A DNA stretch of 64,000 nt from a virus, in the IMG/VR virus record IMGVR_UViG_3300027708_001637; one strand, written 5' to 3'. Of this stretch, positions 57,872 through 64,000 are shown one piece after another (position 1 is the stretch's first letter; every line of letters begins with the position of its first letter). The notes beneath the pieces are model-generated. The model worked only from the letters and a program-made list of their open reading frames with translations, was not told the origin of the DNA and did not search any database. The translations under genes were made by a program, and so were the position numbers.

Positions 57872-58306
57872 TTACTCGCAATGCCATTTACGAAGACTTT
57901 TGTTTATGCGACTGTTTGGATCTCTCTTAGTTTTGGCTCCAGTACGATGTTTCTTCATACCTTTCATACGAGCACAGAAACTCTTACGGCGTTTACTGGC
58001 CTTACTACCTTTTTTCAACTTACTAGGTTTGGTAGTTACAGCAGTTTTCAATTTGCTACCAGGATGGCTACGACGATAACTGGCCACCCCCTTTTTATTT
58101 AGGCCACCGTTTTTATTTTTACCACTTGATTTTTGCCAGGCTTCGGCTTCGCTGAGTAATTCTTCATCATCTACAGTTTCTAAATCTTCCCAAATTAAAT
58201 CACTGTCAACACCGTGTTGTTCAGCCCAATAGTCTACCATTGATTCAATTATATCAAATTGACTTTCTAAAATGGTGTCTTCAATAATAAATTCAATTGC
58301 TCTCAT
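57872..58306 (-). CDS. Putative internal head protein: acidic N-terminal part plus basic DUF6321-like domain
   Basis: Start MRAIEFIIE (ATGA overlap); AWQK..GKN..GGLN.KG..SYR...RRKSFCARM...DPNSRINKSLRKW.C. Confidence 0.65.
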   Translation of the reverse strand: MRAIEFIIEDTILESQFDIIESMVDYWAEQHGVDSDLIWEDLETVDDEELLSEAEAWQKSSGKNKNGGLNKKGVASYRRSHPGSKLKTAVTTKPSKLKKGSKASKRRKSFCARMKGMKKHRTGAKTKRDPNSRINKSLRKWHCE

Positions 58307-59067
58307 TTTTTCTTTGCCCTTCCTGCTTTCATATTGGCCAACCAATGTGCCATACGTTGCTTTTCACCCGAACTGTGTTTAGCAGTTTTGCGTAGACTAC
58401 TGACACTAGCTTTGGTATTTACACCACTGCGTTTGGCAAGACCTTTGCGTCCAGGATGTTTACCATCAGCGAAGTTTTCATTAGTGCGTCCGTATTCACT
58501 GGCTTCGCCTTCTAAACTAACGTGCCACGCATAAAATTTAGTTTGCGGATATTCTTTTTTCAATTCCATAAAACTAACTAAATTGGGTTTAGCGTCGTCA
58601 TACATAATTGCTTTTGTATATTTTCCTTGATTCAAAAGATTGCGGATGATGATCTTTTTCTTTTCTTCAGTTTGCATTTTGCCAGTCATATTGCCAGCAC
58701 GGTAAACGTGAACCTTACTCATATCCACACCATACTTACGGAATGTATCTAAAAATAATTCTCGATCATCAAAATCTGCACGGGCAGTTACCATAACAAC
58801 TTTATTGCCTGTAGCAATATCTTGTTTAAGTTGATTAAGCATTGGGATGATTGGTTTTGATTTTTCAAAGAATTCTTGAGCACTTCTAAAATCACCAAAA
58901 TCAAATTCTTCGCCAGGTTGTAGTTTGTAATGTGTGAAGTCGTGGCTGTTGAGACTTTTGATTACCTTGCCGTCACGAATCACGTGAACTTTAGTTTGTG
59001 TATGGACAAGTGTATCGTCAATGTCGAATATCACTAACTTACTGGGAAGGAAATCATTGGCTCTCAT
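58303..59067 (-). CDS. HAD-superfamily phosphatase (Pnkp/RNA-repair-like) with basic C-terminal module
   Basis: FDIDDTL, VTAR, KK and YDD motifs I-IV; basic tail after TNE. Confidence 0.8.
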   Translation of the reverse strand: MRANDFLPSKLVIFDIDDTLVHTQTKVHVIRDGKVIKSLNSHDFTHYKLQPGEEFDFGDFRSAQEFFEKSKPIIPMLNQLKQDIATGNKVVMVTARADFDDRELFLDTFRKYGVDMSKVHVYRAGNMTGKMQTEEKKKIIIRNLLNQGKYTKAIMYDDAKPNLVSFMELKKEYPQTKFYAWHVSLEGEASEYGRTNENFADGKHPGRKGLAKRSGVNTKASVSSLRKTAKHSSGEKQRMAHWLANMKAGRAKKK

Positions 59068-59696
59068 AAATTGAATGCTTTTAAATTCTTTTCAATTTGT
59101 CCAGGACGAACATCCTTAGTCAAACTCATTGAATAACGTGGATCTTTAGCTTGCTTTTTAGTAGCAATTACACCCGATGCATCTTCCATTGGTTGATCTT
59201 TTAAAAATGTATCAGCATACTTTTTACAAATATCCTTAATGCGTTCGTCGCCAGTTTCTTCTAATGTATATTCATTATGTTCATTGTGTTGGCTAGGATC
59301 AATATATCCGCAGTAGACTTTTCTAACCATACTGTTGTTGATGAGATCGGTACAACTTTCTCCATATCGTTCATCGGCCATATCAGTATCATCTTCATTA
59401 CAGGGACTTAGCGTAGTAATGATAATGCTGCCTTCTGGAACTTCTCCATACTGTTCAACATAGTTGTCCATTGCTACTCGTTCAGCGTGTCTACGAGTCC
59501 CGTCACCCTTGGCGGTGTTGATACCGTAGACTACATTATGATCAGGATCTAATATGCAGGCCGCAACCATTCCATACTGATCTGGGTCAGTTTGTTTGCC
59601 TTCGAAAATCAATCTGCAAAGTTTTACAAGATACTGATCGAGGTGTTTACGACCGTGTATCTTGTAATCTTTTTCAGTAAACTCTGAGAATTTCAT
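59064..59696 (-). CDS. Zn-dependent deaminase (RibD/CDA fold) with capsid-targeting-like N-terminus
   Basis: HAER...TLSPC-x15-C..LI....VRKVYCG..DP; N-terminus MKFSEFTE. Confidence 0.78.
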   Translation of the reverse strand: MKFSEFTEKDYKIHGRKHLDQYLVKLCRLIFEGKQTDPDQYGMVAACILDPDHNVVYGINTAKGDGTRRHAERVAMDNYVEQYGEVPEGSIIITTLSPCNEDDTDMADERYGESCTDLINNSMVRKVYCGYIDPSQHNEHNEYTLEETGDERIKDICKKYADTFLKDQPMEDASGVIATKKQAKDPRYSMSLTKDVRPGQIEKNLKAFNL

Positions 59697-62011
59697 TACT
59701 TTTTCTTACTAGGATTCTTTGCACCATAACTAGCAGCCACTGCCATTTGACGACGCTTTTCTTTTGTCTTGCCCTTGAATTGTGGAGCATTGGATTTTTC
59801 AAAATCTTTGATCCAAACATCAACTGGTGCATTCTTAGGAATCTTTTCATCTAGCTTGGCTTGCAACTCAGCCATATAACCGTCTTCCTGCTTCAATGCC
59901 TGTGCTTTGACCATTTTACGGATAAGTGCCTTATCTTCTTTTTCATCAGGATGACTATCTTCGCCCATATCGTGTTCGTCGTCAACAGCATTGAACACTG
60001 CATCTAAGTAATCAGCAGCCTTAGTGACTTTGCTTTGTTGCCAAGGTTCCAATGTATCGCCTTGTGCCTGCATTGCTTTTACTGCACGGCGCAGTTTAGC
60101 AGCGTGTTTGACTAGGCTTTTCAATTGACTTGTAGTCATACCGTTGGCTTCGTCATTGTACCAATCTGGATTTTCGTGTACGCTGTCATCGTGTCCTGCA
60201 CCAGTGTAACGGCTGGTGTCTTTACTGCCAGAGGCATATGCACCTTGTCCCCACCCACCGCTTGCTGTTGAGTGATCTTCCATGTGTTTAGGTTTTTTGC
60301 CTTGCTTCTTTATGTTGATTGCAATAGCAGCCTGCTGTGCAGCATTGGCCGCCTCATTGGTATTAGGCACACAGTTGCGCACCTGTCCACCATTCTTGCC
60401 CTTCTTAGTACCAGCAGCGTGGTGTCCTGGCCAGCATTTGGTAAAACCGTTTGAATCCTTAGCACCTTTCTTGATCTCGCTAAGATTACCGTGTGTTTGG
60501 CACATACCACAATCAGGACATACACTTTCCATTGTCATATCTTCATTATGTTTCTTCTTGCCAGCACAGTGAGCCTTTTGACTAAAACCTTTTGGATGAC
60601 TACAGTTGATACTGCTCTTATATTTTTGGCTCCACTCTTCCGCCACACCTTGCTCTTTGATATTTTTATTCTTTTTCTTAGCAGCCAAGTGATTCAAGTA
60701 AGCAGCCTTTTGCTTTTCTGGGCTACGCATATCAGTTGGGTCAAACCAGTCACTTTTCTTGATTGGTTTTTCTTGTTCCGAGCCTTCCGCCACACCTTCC
60801 TCCATATTTTTATCAATATGTCGTTTAGCAGCCGCCAGCGTGGAGAATTTTCTAAGACTAGAACTGATACCCCATTGGTATGGGCCTTCCTGTGTTATGC
60901 CATATCCTTTGTATGTTCCTTTTTTGCCTACGAAAGTATCAGGATTGTATTCACCTTCCGCCACACTTTCTTCAGGATTATAGTCTGTCCACCCATATTT
61001 GCTAGGCTTTTGCCACCCAGATTTGTTCGGCCTTGACGACCCATAGTCTTTTGAAGTGTCGGCTGGTTTTGCCTGAATACTTAACATTACCCAGTCGTTT
61101 TTATTAGGATCAAAGACTTCAACCCTGTGGTCCAGACCTACCTCAATATCCTGCCTTTTATTTTCAACTTTTGTATTACCTGTGTTAATAGGAGTAAAAA
61201 CAACAAAATGAAACCCCGAACGACTCATTTCGGAATGTATACCATCTTTATTAACGATCCCTTGATACATTTTTTCGTAGTCACCACTAGATCGATCAGT
61301 CTCACCCCACTTAATTTTCCAACCTTTCATGTCCCAGTCACTAGATCCAACAACACCTGTAACAGTATCATAGCCCTCCGCCACACCTTGCTCTTCACCG
61401 TAGGGAAATACTTGTACCCATTTGCCGCCTTGATTCTGTACAAACTTTTTAGGATCAAACTTGCTGCGGATAATGCCGTGTAATTTTAGTGCTTCGTCTT
61501 GACTATCTCTGAAACCCTGTGCACGGGCCTGTCTTTCGTTTTGATTGGAAACCATCTTTTGCTTTAGTCTACCGTCTACATAGATATACAACATATTGCT
61601 TTCATCGTCCGCTGCACCCTGACCATAATATTCCCGACCACCTAGTTTAGGAGCAGTGGGACTACCAAATCCGTGACTATAATCGCGATTGCGGCCATAG
61701 CCTGCTTCTGCCAATTCAAACTGTTTATTCTTGTGTTTGACATCACCTTGCTTTTCGGCCTTCTTTTTATCCTTGTGCGCACCAGCACCACCCATCTTGG
61801 CATTTTTAGCAACAAAGTTTCTAGGAGTAGTTGAGGGAACAGTGTCTTTATTTGCTTCTTGTGCAATAAGATTATCACCACGCTTGCGTACACCGCCCAT
61901 TGGGCTACTTACACTAGCAATGTTACCTGAACTAGTTCCGCCACTAGTGGCACTTTCTAATGTGTAGACTGTTGCGTCTTTAAATTTTTTGGCTTTAAAT
62001 TCTTTGTTCAT
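59696..62011 (-). CDS. Modular putative head polyprotein with GVAEG repeats
   Basis: Start likely MNKEF at 62011 (ATGA overlap); short modules separated by x-x-E sites; four GVAEG copies. Confidence 0.72.
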   Translation of the reverse strand: MNKEFKAKKFKDATVYTLESATSGGTSSGNIASVSSPMGGVRKRGDNLIAQEANKDTVPSTTPRNFVAKNAKMGGAGAHKDKKKAEKQGDVKHKNKQFELAEAGYGRNRDYSHGFGSPTAPKLGGREYYGQGAADDESNMLYIYVDGRLKQKMVSNQNERQARAQGFRDSQDEALKLHGIIRSKFDPKKFVQNQGGKWVQVFPYGEEQGVAEGYDTVTGVVGSSDWDMKGWKIKWGETDRSSGDYEKMYQGIVNKDGIHSEMSRSGFHFVVFTPINTGNTKVENKRQDIEVGLDHRVEVFDPNKNDWVMLSIQAKPADTSKDYGSSRPNKSGWQKPSKYGWTDYNPEESVAEGEYNPDTFVGKKGTYKGYGITQEGPYQWGISSSLRKFSTLAAAKRHIDKNMEEGVAEGSEQEKPIKKSDWFDPTDMRSPEKQKAAYLNHLAAKKKNKNIKEQGVAEEWSQKYKSSINCSHPKGFSQKAHCAGKKKHNEDMTMESVCPDCGMCQTHGNLSEIKKGAKDSNGFTKCWPGHHAAGTKKGKNGGQVRNCVPNTNEAANAAQQAAIAINIKKQGKKPKHMEDHSTASGGWGQGAYASGSKDTSRYTGAGHDDSVHENPDWYNDEANGMTTSQLKSLVKHAAKLRRAVKAMQAQGDTLEPWQQSKVTKAADYLDAVFNAVDDEHDMGEDSHPDEKEDKALIRKMVKAQALKQEDGYMAELQAKLDEKIPKNAPVDVWIKDFEKSNAPQFKGKTKEKRRQMAVAASYGAKNPSKKK
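60636..61393 (-). repeat. Four in-frame copies of the GGTGTGGCGGA(A/G)GG repeat
   Basis: Invariant core GTGTGGCGGA at 60639-60648, 60786-60795, 60957-60966 and 61377-61386. Confidence 0.92.
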
Positions 62012-62379
62012 TTCTTTTTCATCCAATTTGAAATAGGGCTTAGTGTTCCCACATCTTTAGTTTCTTCACTTTTTGTAGTGCTAATAAGTTTCTTATCTCC
62101 CGACGATAAACCTACTAATTTCAATGCATCGTCGATAAATTTGTCAACACCGTTTTCATATGATACTACAATTAAATTCTCACCCCAGGGACTTGTGGGT
62201 TCAAACTTTTCAGTTTGTTCTGATCGACCTTTGGCCTGTGCAATAGCAACACCAAATCTGTATTGTTTATATGGATCTTGATTTCGAAGTTCAGGAATCG
62301 TATAAGTCGCAGGCAGTGCACTGGCAGCATCGTCTTGAATGCTGCCAGTTCTTCCTTCAACTAATTCGCGTATTCTCAT
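62008..62379 (-). CDS. Putative internal head protein
   Basis: MRIRELVE N-terminus; C-terminal EETKDVGTLSPISNW is paralogous to the next gene. Confidence 0.65.
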   Translation of the reverse strand: MRIRELVEGRTGSIQDDAASALPATYTIPELRNQDPYKQYRFGVAIAQAKGRSEQTEKFEPTSPWGENLIVVSYENGVDKFIDDALKLVGLSSGDKKLISTTKSEETKDVGTLSPISNWMKKK

Positions 62380-62753
62380 TTTGCTTTATTCCAATTTGAC
62401 ACTGGGCTAACTTTGTGAGTACCTTTGGGTTCTTCACTTCTTCTATTTCCCCAAGTTCTCTTGCTCTTATCTCCAATATTTTTGGCTGCACGATCTATCA
62501 TTTCTTCTTCCATTGGATGATATGGGCTTGCAGTTGGATCACCGCTGGAAAAGTTATCCACGGGAAGATAAGCATCGGGAGTATCACCGGCACCCGCTGG
62601 TGCCACTGACAGTAGCATTCTACTATGCAAATAACCGCTGCCGTGATACATATTTTGATCAGGAAATGTGTGCGTATTGCTAATTACTGCTTTAGTTTCT
62701 GGATTTATTTTTCCTCCAGTAGCATATTCGCGAATAAATTCTTTTGATCTCAT
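62376..62753 (-). CDS. Putative internal head protein
   Basis: MRSKEFIRE N-terminus; C-terminal EEPKGTHKVSPVSNW. Confidence 0.65.
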   Translation of the reverse strand: MRSKEFIREYATGGKINPETKAVISNTHTFPDQNMYHGSGYLHSRMLLSVAPAGAGDTPDAYLPVDNFSSGDPTASPYHPMEEEMIDRAAKNIGDKSKRTWGNRRSEEPKGTHKVSPVSNWNKAK

Positions 62754-62770
62754 AATATTTCCTAGTTGTG

Positions 62771-63031
62771 TTATTTATTCTTACCAAACCAAAGTTGAAA
62801 CCATTCGTCGGTGCCAGGCCTAATACCCTGTTCACGTTGTAGTTGCCCTTTGTTGCTGCCTATTACTGGCTGTCTCTGTTTTGCCCTATATTCTGCTAGT
62901 CGTTCGTTAGCACCTAATCCATTCATTGCAGCGGCAGCGATAAGTTCTTGTATGGGATCTTCCGGAGACAAATAGCAATCGTCATCACTTTTTGGAGTGA
63001 TGTTGGCCGTAGTGATCCTGTACTGCTTCAT
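62771..63031 (-). CDS. Hypothetical protein
   Basis: 86 aa, ATGA overlap; GIRPGTDEWFQLWF. Confidence 0.72.
   Translation of the reverse strand: MKQYRITTANITPKSDDDCYLSPEDPIQELIAAAAMNGLGANERLAEYRAKQRQPVIGSNKGQLQREQGIRPGTDEWFQLWFGKNK
62772..62779 (-). promoter_or_regulatory. Late promoter variant AATAAATA
   Basis: Upstream of the 62753 start. Confidence 0.5.
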
Positions 63032-63999
63032 TTTAATTGGCTTTCAATTAGTCGAGCAATAGCATTGGCCATAGCAACATCTACATCTTCGCCGATATTT
63101 TGTCCACGCCAGTTAGGCTGCGCAGTATAGTTTGCTTCTCCGCTGTAGCCTGGCTTCTTGGCAGCATAACTTCCACCATCAAAACTTTCTTCAGCACTGC
63201 CGCCAACTAAGTCACCTGCTCGTGCTGGGCGCTTCATAGAACCTTTTAATTGTCCTGCTGGGCCAAGTTTGTTTTTCTTAGATCCTGCAAAGGTACTTGC
63301 AGGCATCATCTTTTCATTTACGCCTTGCTCTTTGGGTGGGTTGACAGGAACAGTCTTGTACACACGCTTGATAGGATCCCAAACAGTTTTGCGCTCGCCT
63401 TGTTTAGCCATCTGACTCAATCGTTTTACTTTGTCTTGATAGTCAGCACCGTAGTCTGCTTCGCCTTCCGCCACACCTTGCTCTTGCCAAGTGTTATTTT
63501 TGATTCGTTGATTTTTAATTCTTTCGTAATTCATTAACGAACCACGAATACGATGCTGGTCACCAGTATTTCCTGATAAGAGATGTTTCTTATAATAGTC
63601 AATCTGACTTTGAACAAACTTGTTTGAGTAACTATCTTCTTCGGAGCCCTCCGCCACACCTTCCTTATACAATGCTAGTCGCTTCTGCTCGTGGGCAATA
63701 CTTTGTTGTATAGCAGCCTTGTCGGCATTGGGTTGTTTGAGTTGTGCTTGTAATCTTTCTATAGTGGCCCGAATAGCAGCCACATCCTGTTGGTCACGTT
63801 TGGATAAGCCTTCCGCCACACCTTGCTGACCTTGACTCATTCTGTGTAGAGTATTCAGTTCGTCCATTAATGCTTTGCCTGCTTGTTGAACATCACTAGT
63901 ATGTTTCATAACTTCATATGCAGTATCAACTGCGGCTAACATTTGTTCTTTGCTAGGACTCCAACCCTTACCTGTCTTGGCAAAATAGTTCATCATTGC
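63028..63999 (-). CDS. Second modular GVAEG polyprotein, probably 5'-truncated by the window edge
   Basis: Frame open to the window end; three GVAEG copies and one degenerate QGVNE. Confidence 0.72.
   Translation of the reverse strand, partial: AMMNYFAKTGKGWSPSKEQMLAAVDTAYEVMKHTSDVQQAGKALMDELNTLHRMSQGQQGVAEGLSKRDQQDVAAIRATIERLQAQLKQPNADKAAIQQSIAHEQKRLALYKEGVAEGSEEDSYSNKFVQSQIDYYKKHLLSGNTGDQHRIRGSLMNYERIKNQRIKNNTWQEQGVAEGEADYGADYQDKVKRLSQMAKQGERKTVWDPIKRVYKTVPVNPPKEQGVNEKMMPASTFAGSKKNKLGPAGQLKGSMKRPARAGDLVGGSAEESFDGGSYAAKKPGYSGEANYTAQPNWRGQNIGEDVDVAMANAIARLIESQLK
63313..63827 (-). repeat. Three further GGTGTGGCGGA(A/G)GG copies plus a degenerate copy
   Basis: Core at 63467-63476, 63650-63659 and 63812-63821; degenerate GAGCAAGGCGTAAATGAA at 63313-63330. 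Confidence 0.92.
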
Positions 64000-64000
64000 C

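Noticed and set aside
387-63537. Many 60-140 aa antisense or alternate-frame ORFs in the track (e.g. 387..614, 1046..1366, 5355..5582, 20652..21053, 36201..36635, 39566..40204, 55541..55942, 60491..61036)
   Set aside because: They lie inside or opposite well-supported genes (or the structured island), lack an RBS or motifs, and are expected shadow ORFs.
60636-63827. CRISPR array or DGR explanation for the GVAEG repeats
   Set aside because: The repeats are about 15 nt, in frame within ORFs and irregularly spaced (147-420 nt); no cas or reverse transcriptase gene and no TR/VR pair with A-specific mismatches is seen.
1-64000. Stop-codon reassignment, tRNA genes, integrase or transposase
   Set aside because: Standard-code ORFs up to 4281 aa tile the window; no cloverleaf or recombinase motif was found by eye (tRNAscan-SE not run).

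Overview
This 64 kb window is part of a T4-related, probably jumbo, myovirus genome in the standard genetic code, tightly tiled with genes. From left to right: a portal gene cut by the window edge (missed by the ORF track), a tape-measure gene with divergent chaperone genes, a ~420 nt structured non-coding island behind a GIY-YIG nuclease, gp46/gp47, late sigma gp55, a baseplate and tail-fibre block (gp48/54-like, gp53, hub, gp5 spike-lysozyme, gp25, gp6, a 4281 aa wedge protein, fibres), then a long minus-strand arm (thyA, MoxR/VWA pair, RNase H, a 7-deazaguanine base-modification cluster, clamp, family B DNA polymerase) and a run of putative capsid-packaged internal proteins. Both sigma70-type promoters (TTGAC[A/T]-16/17-TATA[A/C]T) and T4-type late promoters ([T/A/C]ATAAATA) can be read directly. 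The strongest candidates for undescribed biology are: (1) seven in-frame copies of a codon-invariant repeat (GGT GTG GCG GAA GG, G-V-A-E-G) separating unrelated modules in two head polyproteins, a possible DNA recombination site doubling as a prohead-protease site; (2) the structured RNA or origin island beside the compact GIY-YIG gene; (3) a DpdA/QueD/QueE cluster with a glycosyltransferase, oxidoreductases and a MutH-like nuclease; (4) capsid-targeted HAD phosphatase and deaminase enzymes; (5) a -1 frameshift in gp26/gp51-like chaperones; (6) a twin-hairpin operator before the polymerase. Functional calls come from motif recognition by eye; no database searches were run.
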